From assembly GCA_951406725.2 (NCBI GenBank), contig OX597819.1, forward strand, positions 71,672,001-71,736,000: a DNA stretch of 64,000 nucleotides, given 5' to 3'. The position numbers and the translations under genes were made by a program. Positions 43,079 through 60,212 of this stretch are shown here, in pieces; position 1 is the stretch's first letter; each line of letters opens with the position of its first letter. Origin of the DNA: Octopus vulgaris. Taxonomy: Eukaryota. The notes below the pieces were generated by a model. That model was given only the letters and a program-made list of their open reading frames with translations, searched no databases and was not told where the DNA came from.

Positions 43079-44592
43079 TTATTTATTTATTTATTTATTT
43101 ATTTATCCTTTACATGTTTCAGTTCAGTCATTAGCCTGCGGCCATGCTGGGGCACCGCCTTGAAGAATTTCAATCGAATGAATCGACTCCAGTAATTATT
43201 TTTTTCCTGAAGCCTAGTACTCATTCTATCGGCCACTTTTGCTGAACTGCTAAGTTACGGGGACATAAACGCCCCAAGACCGGTGATGGGGAACAACCAC
43301 AAATGCAAGATATACAAACGTACACACACACACACATATATATATATACACACACACAAACATATATATACACACACACATATATAGAGATATATAATAC
43401 ATATATATAATATATATGTGTGTGTGTTGGTGTGCGTGTATAAAAGAAGAGTGTATAATTGTCAATAAATCACAATTATAAGGAAGGGGGTTGTAAAAGC
43501 TCATACACGTCTAGAAATAGCAGCCAAAACCGCTATAAACCACTATAACCGCTCATATTATATCTCTTCAACAATAAAAGCTGTCAGCGGGCGACATGAC
43601 ATAAAATTCAAATAAAACTGAATGGTTAGTCCGCTATTACAATTTCGAAGCTAGGAACCAAAAAGGCACCACACTTCTCGTCAGAAAGACATTCCTCTAG
43701 ATACAAATTTACACAAAAACCATACCATAAAGGTCAACATGTGTCGCCACCGGCAAGGATAATAGGTCAACCTTTATCTACACATTCAAATTGTGAATTT
43801 GAACGTCATGCAGAGCGTTTATAAGAAAAGACCAGTAAAACGAGCCGCGGCGAAAAACTGGACATGAGTGAAAATTAAATGATAAAAGAGGAATAAATTT
43901 TTTGATTGTATGTTCTAGTCATTGATATATTTATAAATAATTTTGAATTGTTTCACAAGGCCTGAAATTTGGGGCAGGCGACTAGTCGATGAAATCGACT
44001 CAACTGTCATTTATGTTAACGACAGCGAAAGATTGAAAAGCAAAGTCGACCTCGGTGGAATTTGAACTCAAAACACAAAGGAGGACGAAATGTCGCTAAG
44101 CATTTTACTCGGCATGCTAATGAGAATGGTGACGGTAATGATGATGATGATGCGGAGGAGGAGGACAGTGACGCGATGGCGGTTATAGTAGTAGTAGTAG
44201 TAGTAGTAAAGACGATTTTACTGATTAAAAGGGGGGGGTATTTGTACACAAATTCATATAATTAACATTGCATCAATCTTACTAAATTTTTAGCACAATA
44301 CTCATTAGAAGACGTATAACAATATCAATAACACTAATAATAATTATAATGATAATGATGATGATGTTGACGATGGTGTTGACAATGATGATGATGGTGA
44401 TGAAAATGATCATGATGATGATGATGTTTATAGAAATATGTAAGAAAAGAAAAATGAAAAAATATCCAATTTAATTAACACGAAGAAAGCGGTTTTAGAA
44501 AAGATTTTAGTTTCGTCACATACAACATACTAATGTATGGAATGTAATTCAAATGCATACATACATATGCATATATATATATATATATATAA

Positions 44593-44646
<54 letters not shown>

Positions 44647-44683
44647 ATATATATACATATATATATGTATATATATATATGTG

Positions 44684-44736
<53 letters not shown>

Positions 44737-44855
44737 TGTGTGTATATATATACATATATATATATGTATATATATATATACATACATATATATATTTTAT
44801 GTATATATATATATATATGTAATATATATACATGTATATATATGAACACACACAA

Positions 44856-44899
<44 letters not shown>

Positions 44900-44912
44900 A
44901 TATGCATATATG

Positions 44913-44960
<48 letters not shown>

Positions 44961-45527
44961 TACACATATACTTATATACACACACCCAAACACACACACA
45001 CACACATACACGTACATACGTACAGATTCAGGTAAACGCACAAGCAGAGCCACACATACGTATTTAAATAGTTAGACAGCGGTGCATTCATTTTTACAAT
45101 TACATATTCTGATAAATATTTATAGGTTTAAAACACTCTGTAATTTTGTGTGAATTTTTCAGAATTTTCGCAAGCGATTGCAGTTTTGCAGTCAGCAATT
45201 TGTTCTTTGCATTATGTAAAAAAAGAACAAAGAAAGGAATGGTTAAATTGAAAATGTAGCATACATTTTAAACACCCACATACTCACAAATAAAACATAT
45301 TTAAACACATACATATAGACATATACTGAAAGAGAGTTTTTACAGACAGAGATACAGTGAGATAAAGGCACATAGATACACACATATATGTAAGGCATAT
45401 ATTTACATCCCTCTGTTTATCTGTTTATCTATCTCCTATTTTATCTGCCAGTTTGTCTGTCTGTCTCTGTCTGTCTCCCTCCCTCTCTCTCTCTCTCTCT
45501 CTCCCGGTCAGCCTTTCTCCTTACATA

Positions 45528-45740
45528 TAAAACTAAACTGGATCTCTTCTTGTCAGAGGTTCCAGATGAACCCACCTCTCGGCAGGAAACACAGATGCGG
45601 GCAGCGGCGTCGAACTCCCTTGTTGACCAAGTGCCACGTATCAGAAGTGGTTTCACATACTAGTGTAGCACATTCAGCCGTGGTGCCCCAGCATGGCCGC
45701 AGCTTTCGGGCTGAAACATTTTAAAGGATTTTAAGGATAA
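45528..45740 (+). mobile_element. Short 3'-end copy of the CR1-group LINE family
   Basis: KTKLDLFLSEVPDEPTSRQETQMRAAASNSL matches the C-terminus of ORF 57955-59532; tail ggtgccccagcatggccgcagc..gctgaaac then (ttttaagga)n. Confidence 0.88.
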
Positions 45741-45919
45741 GACATGACACGATGTAGGTAAAGAAATTTAAGAAATTTGAAAAGTTTACACGAAACCCGT
45801 TATTTCTCCAAAAACTATGTTACTATACACAAAATTTTATAACATTTTCCCAACATAACGACTTAAATATATTCTTTAACATTATAAAACAAGCCTTCTG
45901 TAGTTTTTTCACTCTTTTC

Positions 45920-46017
<98 letters not shown>

Positions 46018-46436
46018 CGATAGAGAGAGAGAGAGAATGTACATCTATCTACTTGTCTCTCCCTGTATATGTATATATGTTTACATACATAAATACATAT
46101 ATATAGAGAGAGATGTATATATGTATGTAAGTATGCGTGCTTGTGTGTATGCATGGATGTATATATGTATGCATACAGACATGCATATTTGTAGAATTCT
46201 GTTTTTATCTATCATTTGCTTTCTCAAAAAGAATATACAGACAAAAGCCAATTCGGAATTTCAATAATGGCAAATCAACTTGAATTCTGATAAAATAAAT
46301 TTTAAAATCTTTATAGAATGCAAATATATATAAGCACATTAACATAAGGCTGTGTAGTTAAGAAGCTCTTCTACTATAACCCTGACCAACCAATAACCCT
46401 TGAGTGAATTTGATGGACGAAAACTGTGTGGAAGCC

Positions 46437-46493
<57 letters not shown>

Positions 46494-46925
46494 TATATAC
46501 TACCACACCACACACCACCATACCACCCCACACCACATCACACAACCCCGCACACGCAAACGTCAAGGTCACCAGCCCCTATCCATATGTACATACACGC
46601 TCTCACATACGCTTGCGCACCTTCGTTTTTGGATCACCACTACTATTTTTTTTATCTCCCCTTCTTTCTACCTCTCCTGTCCAACCACCTCTCCTGTCCA
46701 ACCACCTCTCTCCGGCCTTCGCATGTTTGATCGCTAGCCACTAAACCTTTTTTATTTTCTCTCCCTGTTTATTTCTGTGTTCCTTTCTGTTGAAGAGCGT
46801 AGGCTCGGAACTTAAAAGACTTTCTCACTTCCCGAGAGTTAAACTAATACACCTGTTTGTAGTTTACACACCTGTTTCGTCTTTTGTTTTGTATTTTCTT
46901 TTGGTAAATTCCATACATATATACG

Positions 46926-46992
<67 letters not shown>

Positions 46993-47612
46993 TTTTATTC
47001 TTTTACTTGTTTCAGTCATTTAACCGCAGCCGTGCTGGGGTACCGCCTTTAGTCAAACAAATCTACCCCAGGACTTATTCTTTGTAAGCCTAGTACCTAT
47101 TATATCGGTCTTATTTGCCGAACCGCTAAGTTACGGGGATGTAAACACATCAACATCGTTTGTCCAGTGATGGTTACGGGGGGACAAACACAGACAGAAA
47201 TACATATATACATATAGGCGTAGGAGTGGCTGTGTGGTAAGTAGCTTGCTTACGAACCACATGGTTCCGGTTTCAGTCCCACTGCGTGGCACCTCGGGCC
47301 AGTGTCTTCTACTATAGCCACGGGCTGACCAAAGCCTTGTGAGTGGATTTGGTTGACGGAAACTGAAAGAAGCCCGTTGTATATATATATATGTGTGCGT
47401 GTGTGTGTGTGTTTGTGTTTGTGTGTCTGTGTATGTTCCGCCAACATTGCTTGACAACGGATGCTAGTGTATTTACATCCCCGTAACTTAGCAGTTCGGC
47501 AAAACAGTACGATAGAATAAGTACTAGGCTTACAAAGAATAAGTCGTGGGGTCGATCTGCTCGACTAAAGGGGGTGTGCTCCAGCATGGCCGCAGTAAAA
47601 TGACTGAGAGAA

Positions 47613-47644
<32 letters not shown>

Positions 47645-47827
47645 GATGGGATTCTTCCAGTTTCCGTCTACCAAATCCACTCAGAAGTCTTTGGTCGGCC
47701 CGAGGCTATAGTAGAAGACACTTGGTCAAAATGCCATGCAGTGGGACTGAACTCGGAACCATGTGGTTGGTAAGCAAGCTTCTTACCACACAGCCACTAC
47801 TGCGCCTATATATATGTGTGTGTGTGC

Positions 47828-47875
<48 letters not shown>

Positions 47876-48617
47876 GTGCATGTCTACTTTCTGTTTTTTT
47901 ATTATTTATGTTAATTATTCAAATTCCTCTTGTCATGAAATACAAAGCTCCAATTTGGGAACGTAAATGACAATTGTTCTGTTCAAGAGGGGAATTCTAA
48001 CTGCCATATGGTTTGTAAGTCTATCACAATATCTTTATGCTCAACACAATTTTCTGATGGGTTTTCCTTAATGTCTGGGTACGTGTAGAGTTCTTTGTGT
48101 GGGTCCGGAGGAATAGTGTGACCACTGACGCACAGATTTTGCCTCCACGAAACTAGGACCTTTGAATTTGTGCTTTTCACTTTCACAACCAATGTTGAAA
48201 TGTTTACCTCCTGTAGGCTGGCGGTTTGGCAACAGACAATTGAATGAGGACTAGGCTTATAAACCTAAATACTGAACGTGATTTGTTTGACTACGCCCTT
48301 CAAAGTGGTGCTCCAACAAGGCCGCAGTTCAAGAACTGAAGCAAATAAAAGACAAAAGATACATTTATATGCATACACACACACTCGCGCGTGCATATAT
48401 ATATATATATGTCCATGTATTTTCTCCTGGTTTACGGAATTAATGTTATTTTTGCGGTTGAAGCTTTGGCTGTTATTTCTAGTGGGTGAATGGCCTATTA
48501 TGGCCGTTCCTTGATTGTGATGTTGAACTTATAAATGGTCTAAGACTATTTAATTTTTTCCCACTAGGCCGCTGGTGGCAAAAAAATTCTACAAAATTTT
48601 TTTTTGCCACCCTATAT

Positions 48618-48667
<50 letters not shown>

Positions 48668-48859
48668 CTATGTATATGATATATATGTATATATATATAT
48701 ATATATATATGAATATAATGAGTGTATATAATATATATGAATATAATGCGTGTATATATGTCTGTGTATGTAATGTATACTAACTGTGTGTGCACGTGTG
48801 TGTGTGTGTCGTATCATATAGACAAGCAATATTTCGAACGCAGTATAGCCATGAAAACA

Positions 48860-49295
48860 GCAGAATGTTTGGAGTGGATGAAAGAGAAGCGGATGGTAAG
48901 TATGGCGTTGAAGGCTGAAGTGGTAGGCAGCAGAACCAGAGGCATACCGCGGTTTGTGTGAATGGATGGAGCGAGGAAAGCTTTGGTGGTTAGAGGTGTT
49001 GGAGTGAGAGAGGCAAGAGAGTTTACGAATGAAAGGAAAGCTTGGAGATGGTTTGTGGAAAGATGAGTGAATTTTTGAAGTTGCTCAAAGGGGTATGGAG
49101 CCGGCATGAAGAAGTGGGGTAAACCAGCATATACTGTCGGGGCCCCGCTGCTGATAACGGAGGTTGCGTTCTGTACCTTGACCCGAGTATAGGACTGGGC
49201 TCGCTTCGTTGGGAAATGAATGGAATGCGTGGTGTGACTCTTGTTGTGGCTACTACACCCCCTAAAAATGGGGAATAGGACTGGGTACATATATT
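48860..49295 (+). pseudogene. RTE-clade LINE 3' terminal relic
   Basis: MKEKRMVSMALKAEVVGSRTRGIPRFV*MDG...ERKAWRWFV is the typical RTE C-terminus, followed by a 3' UTR. Confidence 0.75.
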
Positions 49296-49526
49296 ATATA
49301 TGATACGATACACATTCGACGCTTCCAAAAACAAACAAAGTTTGTTTACATATGTTGTTGCATTTATATATATATATTCTTTCGGTGCGAATGGTTTTTT
49401 TTTTTATTACGGTGGCGTGATTTACAATCTTTTTCTGTCGAGGGCTTATGCTTATATGATCCTTTATTAATCTATTTTCCTTAGTCATTGCATGGTGATC
49501 GCCATAAGCTTTAAGCTTATATAAAA

Positions 49527-49607
<81 letters not shown>

Positions 49608-49825
49608 TAATGAGGGTGGCTTCTTCGCAATTTTACAACTGAGAGGCAGAAATATATACGTCACTAGAGTGACTGAGGGCACTAGCCAGCACCAGTGTTG
49701 TTAGAAATAAGAATTAAAATAACTCCTAGACACAAGAAGCATTTTATCTTAATGACCGACAAGGGAGGCAACTTCCCTCAGCGTCCAGGCATAGCCAGAT
49801 CGCAGTGATTTCGAATTTATATTAA

Positions 49826-50048
49826 CCCATTAAGTCCCAGAATACTTAAATTTCTGGATATTACTTTAACATTTTTTAAAATGATTGTAAATAGGTTAAA
49901 ATGAAAAAAATAATTATCAAAACTCCTTTACTTCAAGTAGAAATGGAAATACTCGGTGTTCTAGAAATAGTACACTGAGACAATGTGATATAGCTTATTT
50001 AATATTCTCATTCAGTGTCCTATTTATAGCGGAGTGGGACTTAATGGG
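49826..50048. mobile_element. piggyBac-type MITE (223 bp)
   Basis: TTAA|cccattaagtccca ... tgggacttaatggg|TTAA: 14-bp perfect TIRs starting CCC, with TTAA target duplication. Confidence 0.88.
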
Positions 50049-51858
50049 TTAATGCTCGTTAGTGACTCTCCCCTAGCGCCTTGGGCTAAACTCAGCTCGC
50101 CTTGTCAGTTTATAAGATTGTCGTAGAAAGCATACATTGATTTCCTAAACCATAAAAGGGAAAATTAAAAATAATAACGGTGGCTTGTTCCCTAATTTAC
50201 AACCGAAAGGTAGTGTGTGTGTGTGTGTTTGTGTGCGTGTGTGTTGTGTGTGTGTGTGTGCGTGTGTTTGTCTATGCGTGTGTGTGCATACACGTTGTGT
50301 TTATGCAAATATATACAGAAGCATGTTATAGGTAAAGTTCAAGCAATATTAAGCTAAAAGAATGATCGGGTAACAGGATTAACAAACAAATTATACTTCT
50401 GTTAGTTTATTATTTATCTTTTTCATTCGATGGTGGTGTGAATGACCTGAATCCACGCATCTATTTTCCGTGGAGGGACATGGCAGGAAGTTCAGACCTT
50501 GTTTTCAGGTTAGTCTCCGAGTGTCTCATAATTATAAATGATTCACAACTCGTTTCTGCATAAATTGCATCTTTCTTTTGCTACCTCTTACATAGGATCT
50601 CTTCCATTTTATGATCTTCCATTTAATATGAAAATCGATGTTTGAGGCGGTGAACTGGAAGAATCGTTAAAAGGCCGGATGAAATGCTAAGCGGCAATTC
50701 TTCTATCTTCATGTTCTGAGTTCAAATTCCGCCGATGTCGACTTTTCAGTCCATTCTTTCGGAGGCGATAAAATAAGAACCAGTTGAGCACCCCCGCGAA
50801 ACTGCTAGCCTCTTGCCAAATTTTGAAACCAATATGAAAATCGGTGTTGTTGTCATTTTTCTTTGCTGTAGTTTTTCCACAGTTGTTTTGATGTTGCTTT
50901 CAACATGCGTGCTGAGTAAATAACATTAAAGTATCGTTGTTTGAATTTGCTTTCTTCCATTCCTATGTAAAGCTAATTGAACCAACGTTCGATTAATTTC
51001 GGTAGAAATGATATAACAACGCTCCAGCTATACATGACTGAGTAACATGCCTTGCTGTTTCAGGATGCAGAACTTACCCCTATTGCATTCCGCAAAACAG
51101 TCAGTCTTCCATCCCTATGTAAGTAATCCTTTGTTAGATATTACGAATTCCTTATGACGACAATGATGTTGACAATGATGGGGCAGATGATGATGATCAT
51201 ACAATGGCGACGACGACGGTCATGAGGAGGATGGTGGTGACGCGGAAGACGCTGCTGCTGATGATGATCACTTGATGAGGAAGAATGGAAATGGAGGAAG
51301 GAAGAGGAAGAATAATAATGATGATGATGATGATGACAACGACGAGGACGACAACGACGATGACGATGGTGGCGACGATGTCAGCGTCAACGAAACGAAG
51401 AGAGTGCATACGATATTTTAAACTGACTTTCTTGTGTAAAAACATTGTAGGTGCGTGATAATATTTATGATAATCCGACAAAATTGATGAAAGCAAGAAA
51501 CGAAACACTCCTATCGCCAGATATGTTTTGCTACATATTTTTTTCGGTAACATCTTCGTCTTGACAGAAGAATACAGTCGAAGTTGGAATATGAATTACA
51601 TTTATTTAGTGAGTCAGTTTTTTTCAAATTACACATAAACCCAAAAATATGTAATTTCTTAAGTTACGATATTGTGCAATATCACAAACATTATGTTAAT
51701 TTAATATTATATATCCATACATATATGCAAGCATATATATATATATGATATTTACATAGCATTCATGAACAATTCTCTCTCTCTTTCCGTATGCACATAC
51801 ATACATGCGCGTGTGTATGTGTGCGTGTATGTATATGCAGAGTTTATATATATATATA

Positions 51859-52016
51859 TAGGAGTGGCTGTATGGTAGGTTGCTCGCTTACCAACCACAT
51901 GGTTCTAGGTTCAGTCCCACTGCGTGGCACCTTCGACAAATCTCTTCTAATATAGCCACGGGCCAACCAAGGCCTTCTGAGTGGATTTGGTAGACGAAAC
52001 TGAAAGAAGCCCATCG

Positions 52017-52049
<33 letters not shown>

Positions 52050-52320
52050 ATGTGTGTGTGTGTGTGTGCGTGTGTGTGTGTGTGTGCATGTGTGTGTGTG
52101 TGTGTATGTTTGTATATTTGTGTTTGTCACACCAACATCGCTTGACAACCGAGGCTGGTGTGTTTACCTCCCCGTAACTTAGCGGTTCGGCAAAAGAGAC
52201 TGATAGAATAAGTACTAGGCTGTCAAAAAATAAGTCCTGGGGTCGATTTTCTCGACTAAAGGCGATGCTCTAGCATGGCCGGAGTCAAATTACCAAAACA
52301 AGTAAACGAATAAAAGAATA
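51859..52320 (+). mobile_element. SINE family B, full length
   Basis: Same head, body and tail as 29753-30158. Confidence 0.9.
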
Positions 52321-52329
52321 TATATAAAG

Positions 52330-52880
52330 GAGGAGGACCCCGTCGGTTACGAGGTCGGGGGTCCCAGCTGATACGATCAACGGAACAGCTTATCCTGGAA
52401 TTGTTGACAGGTCCAGATGCGTCATTAGGAATTTATCCAATGTTTTCCTAATGTTTCAATAAAGATTCCTTTTTTATATTTCTGATTTCTTCAGGTAGGC
52501 AGTTGAACAGTTGAGGACCTCTAAATATCAGATTGGTACAATAAAGTGTTTCGCTCGTAATTTCGAAGGTGGTATATTTATATTTGGAATATGACATTAT
52601 CTACCAGTTCATGCATTTAAATTCTCTCTAACGCTGAAGTTTAGAATATGCCCCTTCAGGATTTTCCAAAAGTATATGATAATGTATCTCCCACTTCGGC
52701 GTTGAAGAGAGAAAAGACGTAGATCTTTCAAACGTTCCTAGTCTTCAAGGTTTTTAACTGAAGTTATTTTACTAATGAGCGTTATTTGTAACCCTTCTTT
52801 TTTTTCTATGGAGCCGGATGAGTTTGAAGACCAAAGTTGTGAGCAATAGTCTAGTCTGCTCAGAACTAGGGTTTTCGATA
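52330..52880 (-). pseudogene. Decayed CR1-group LINE 3' end
   Basis: Minus strand LDYCSQLWS..., LFSLQRRSGRYIIIY, LYCTNLIFRGPQLFNCLPEEIR and LDKFL are homologous to the C-terminus of the 57955 ORF. Confidence 0.8.
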
Positions 52881-52954
52881 TCTTCTACAACCAATATATT
52901 TACATACTTCCTTTTATTTATATAGTCTTTATTTTTAGTTGTGTAACCATTATT

Positions 52955-53290
52955 TTACGGAGATGTACTTGCATAGCAAGTGACCTGATCTGAGATCGTG
53001 TGCTGGGACGAAAACAATTGCAGCGTGGAAGGTTTTTATATGCCATTTAAAACACACAAAAACCATTAGATTCACTTCAACATTTAAATTTAATTTGCCA
53101 AAATATTTCCGTCGCTTTGAGACCGCGACCTGTTCATTGAGATGCAGCACGAAATTTTGTCAGTGAACAGGTCGCGGTCGCAAAGCAATGAAAATATTTT
53201 GACAAATTGAATTTAAATGTTGAAGTGAATCTAATGGATTTTATGTGGTTCTTAAATGGCTTATAAACACCTTTCACGCTGCAATTGTTA
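52955..53290. repeat. Fold-back copy of the 29444 family (arms ~125 bp)
   Basis: aacaattgcagcgtggaagg...gaccgcgacctgttca / tgaacaggtcgcggtc...cacgctgcaattgtt. Confidence 0.85.
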
Positions 53291-53920
53291 ACCATTATTT
53301 TGTTCTAAATTTAAACTCACTGATTTCCATCCTTACTATGAAGTCGTTTTAAAACATTCTATCACTGTCAAAGAATATGAATTCATTTAGTTATATATAG
53401 AATGGTACACAGTTATATTAGTTAAAAGAATTCGTGCAGGTCCATATATAGTTTATAATGAAGTATCATTATTGCTACCAGAAAAAATATTCGAAAATAT
53501 TTCCTAATCCAACTACATGCGAGTGTTATTCCTTCAATATTTTATGAAATAAATACTAACGAAACGTTCATGCTAACAAATGAGATATAAGAGCATATTA
53601 ATTATTAATTATTAATTATTAATTAGTCATTTTCGAGCTCAGATCATACTGTCACATATTATATTTCAAGATGTATATACATGGATATTTCTATGCGAAA
53701 ATGTCGCCTTTGTAGATATAAATATCATCCATTCAGGAGCGTGAGGTATCTGAAGAGATTTCAGAAGGAATATGAGTAAATTTGTCTGCGATAATCTATT
53801 AACCAGATTAAAATATCACTTTATGACGCATTAATTACTGCAAAATATCATATCTAATTCGACTTATGGCTTACGTTTTCTTGACATATGTATTTTGATA
53901 CAGGCAAGTTTGTACATGCG

Positions 53921-54028
<108 letters not shown>

Positions 54029-54439
54029 ATAAACCGGGTGCATCATTCTGTATGTGAGGGTGCCTCAAATTGCGTGCTAATGAAGTTCATAAGCTAATAT
54101 TTTCTTCCCTCGTCGTCTCTTTTTCTTATTACCACTCCATACTCGGCTAAAACTTCGTTAGCAAACACGTGTACATTACGTTCTACACGAGATTACTGGT
54201 TTCGCAATGCCTAAGCGGAGTATTAAAACACAACAACTCCCATTAGGAAGAGTTTTAACAACTAAATATATATATAAACAGGAGAGTATAGTTCAAGCGA
54301 GATAATCGGAGAATTTTTTTTTTTTAGCTAAAGAGATAATCAGTGGATAAAATATTTCTTAGCTAAGAGGAGGTAAATCTTTTTACCGTTTTTTTTTCTG
54401 GCTGGTTCTTTATTTGAGAAGTTCATTTCATATTCATGT

Positions 54440-54815
54440 AAGGTTCTGGCCTGTATTTTTCAATAAATGTAGCCTGTTTATTTAGTCCTTGTTGAGTAGG
54501 GGTCCTTTCCGTGCATTGGTATAGTGGGGATATTGTGAATTGTGGTTGGCATTCCCTACCACATCTGCCTATGGGATTACTGAATGTATTTGATGGCATC
54601 GGGGGTAGAAGATTTGTTGTCTGTGTAGTATAGATCTATGTCTTAGGAACATTCCGGGTGGACATATATAGTTTCTACTGCATCTAAAAAATGTTATGAC
54701 GTAGATGCGATTTTCAGAGGTGCAAATGAAATCAGTTTTGTTTAAAATTTTTGTCCGTGCTTAAAATTGTGTCATGATGCTGTTTTTCTCACAGACGGCG
54801 TTGAAGTGTCCCTTC
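54440..54815 (-). pseudogene. PLE GIY-YIG relic related to 25560-25900
   Basis: Minus strand FKHGQKF..FICTSENRIYVIT..C..NYI..LRHRSILHRQQI..FTISPLYQC. Confidence 0.7.
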
Positions 54816-54907
54816 TACACTGCATATTTGACAAAATAAAAATATATATTGCTCGTGCGCCAAAGTAAATATCTAAAATGGCGACAGTTTATCGATCGTA
54901 TCCAATA

Positions 54908-54941
<34 letters not shown>

Positions 54942-54956
54942 AGTATGTCTGTATGC

Positions 54957-54989
<33 letters not shown>

Positions 54990-55177
54990 TGTATGTATGT
55001 ATGTACGACGGGCCTCTTTTGATTTCTGTCTACCAAATCCACTCACCAGGATTTCGTCGGACCGTGGATATAGTATAAAGCGGTTCCTGAAGGCGACAAC
55101 CGCATGGCACCGAGACTGAACCCAGAAGCAAGTGGTTGGGAAGCAAGCCTCTTAATACACAGTCAGGGCTGCACCTG

Positions 55178-55244
<67 letters not shown>

Positions 55245-55409
55245 AGTTGAAATTTACAGAAAAACAAAAGACGAAGACAGGTGTGCGAACAACAAGCAGT
55301 TGTATTAATTTGACGCTCGGGAAGGTGAGGAAGTCTTTTATGTTTCGAGCCTACACTCTTCTACAACAAGGAACACGAAGAAATAAAGAGAGAGGGAGAA
55401 TAAAAAAAA

Positions 55410-55449
<40 letters not shown>

Positions 55450-55451
55450 TA

Positions 55452-55842
55452 TATATTATATTAAATTAGAGATAAAACCACTACTAGACAAATCAAGCAG
55501 TGAAAATCATAAGCCAATACATAGAAATAAAATTAATTAAAAAATATATAAAAAATATAAAATATAAAATATAAAAATCCAATTAAAATATTTAAATTAA
55601 AGTTAAATTTCAAAAAAATTATTTAAATTAATAATTTAAACTTATAAATTACAAACATATATATATTTTTTTTTATTATTTTATTTAATTATTTATTTTT
55701 TTTATTTATTTTTTATTTTTTATTTTATATTTTTTTTTTTTATATATATTTTTAATTAATTTTATTTCTATGTATTGACTTATGATTTTCACTGTTAGAT
55801 TTACCTAGTAGTGGTTTTATCTTTAATTTAATATAATATATA
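55452..55842. repeat. AT-rich inverted repeat between (TA)n tracts
   Basis: gataaaaccactactag...gtgaaaatcataagccaatacatagaaataaaattaattaa mirrored at ~55750-55842. Confidence 0.8.
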
Positions 55843-55936
55843 TTTATACTATAAAATTAGATTTAATCCTAAATCTAATTTCTCCCTGTAAGTTTGGATT
55901 TACTCCCTAATATTATTATATATATATATTTATATA

Positions 55937-55976
<40 letters not shown>

Positions 55977-57642
55977 TAAATAAACGGAGTTGAACGCAGA
56001 TGTTATTAAAATTATTTTACTTTCGACATATGTTTCGAAGACAACATAGGTTTTATATATATATATATATATGTATATACATATTTCTATGAATATTGAT
56101 ATGTACACTTGTTTGCTGTAACGAGAATGTATATTTTGTTTCATCTTTTTGTGATTTTGCTTCGTATTTATTGAGCTGCTGTATTTGAGATGTTTGTTGA
56201 TCCTATGTATATGGCTGTAGAGTTGTATGGTTGTACAGTTTTATCATAAGGCTTTTATTTTCGTTTATTCCGTTTTGTTTTGTATATTTCATATTTTCCT
56301 ACTTTTTATCTGTAACAACCTTGAAAGCTTCAAAAATTCATATTAAACAAATTTTGATAGATTTATTACATATAATTTGATAACCACATCTCTACATATA
56401 ATTTTGTATTCATAGCTGCAGGAGTAGCTATGTGGAAAGACGACTCTTGCCATCCACATATTACCAGGCTCAGTCCTACTGCGTGGCACCTTGGGCAAGT
56501 GTCTTTTACTATAGCGTCGAGTCGATGAAAGCTTTGTGAGTGGATTTGGTAGACGTCTTATGTATGCATGTATGTTTGTATTTGTGCCCCCACCATCGCT
56601 TGACTTAGCGGATCGGTAAAAGAGATGCTAGAATAAGTATCCTGTTTTAAAAAGTATTGCGATCGATTCATTCGACTAAAATTATTTGAAGCAATGCCCC
56701 AGTATGGCCACAGGCTAATGACGAAAACCAGTAAAAGACAAAAGGTAAAATATCTCTGGAAGCTATTTTTATCCACATATACACACGTTTAAGTAGTAAC
56801 TCGAAAATACAAACACAAACAAAAAACTTCAGATATATACCGGACGTTTTGTGTATCTAACAACAAAGCTATTCATTTTCCCCTCGCAAACTACGGTCGT
56901 TCATTAAATCTCAAATTAAAATGAAATTTGAGTCTCAAAGAAAAAAATAATTGCATTTAATATAAACACAAGGCCACCTCTAACAATTTTGAAGTGACAG
57001 GTCCACTTTCTAACGTTTACTTTAAGACATTATTTTACCGACCCCTAAAGGATGAAAGGTAAAGTTCACACCTCGGTTGGATTTGTAGTCAGAAAATAAA
57101 GAATTGTTGCGTACTGGGGTCGATCTAATTGACGGGCCCCTCACCCCAAATTTTCGGGCCTTGTGCCCAGAGTAGAAAAGAATATATATGTCCAACAAAG
57201 GAGGCGAGCTGGCAGAAATGATACCATAAAAAATTCGTATTTTATGGTAACAAATTGTATTGCTTGGAACTGTACCTACCACATGAATATTGGTAATTTT
57301 GAATAATTTACCATTGTTGGTCAACTGTATATTTTTCTACACTAGGCACAAGGCCCGAAATTTTGTGGGGAGCGGACCAGTAGATTAGATCGAATCAAGT
57401 ACACAACTCGTACTTAATTTATCGACCCCAGGGCGATGAAAGGCAAAGTCGACCTCGGTGGGATTTGAATTCAGAACGTAAAGCCAGACGAAATACCGCT
57501 CAGGATTTCGCCCGGCGTGCTAGCGTTTAAGTATGTACATATATGTCTGTATATATGCATATAATTATATATCATTTACATTATTATATGATCGAATGTC
57601 ATGCATCCATTTCCAATTAATGTATACACACAGACAGACACA

Positions 57643-59743
<2,101 letters not shown>

Positions 59744-59884
59744 TACGATGGGAATCTTTCAGTTTCCGTCTACTGGTAGGAAGGCTTTTGGTGGCCCGAA
59801 GCTATTGTAGAAGACACTTGCCCATGGTGCCACGCATTTGGCTGAGAAGCAAGTTTCTTACCACACAACCACGCTAGCGCATAC

Positions 59885-60212
59885 ATAGATCAGTGGTTAG
59901 AGCGTCGAGCTTATGATCGTGACGTTGTGAGTTCGAATCCCGAACCAGGTGGCGTGTTGTGTTCCTGAGCAAGACACTTTATTTCAGGTTGCTCCAATTA
60001 AATCAGCAGTAGAAATGAGTTGCGACATCACTGGTGCCAAGCTGTATCGGCCCCTTTGCATTTCCTTTAGATAACATCAGTGGTGTGAAGGGAGGAGGCT
60101 GGTATGCATGAGCGACTGCTGGCCTTCCACAAACAAATTTGCCCGGACTTGTGCCTCGGAGGGTAACTTTCTAGGTGCAATCCCATAGTCATTCGTGATC
60201 GAAAGGAGTCTC
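59885..60212 (+). mobile_element. tRNA-derived CORE-like SINE with a distinct tail
   Basis: cagtggttagagcg..gagttcgaatccc..gtgttcctgagcaagacactttatttc..; tail actttctaggtgcaatcccatagtcattcgtgatcgaa. Confidence 0.75.

Noticed and set aside
47983-48192. Non-repetitive 69-aa minus-strand ORF (similarly 17385-17597 and 60314-60511)
   Set aside because: Short, no recognisable domain, no convincing paired splice sites.
53155-53205. Hammerhead in the 52955 fold-back
   Set aside because: The core reads CAGTGA...CAAAGC and lacks CUGANGA/GAAA, so it is not supportable.
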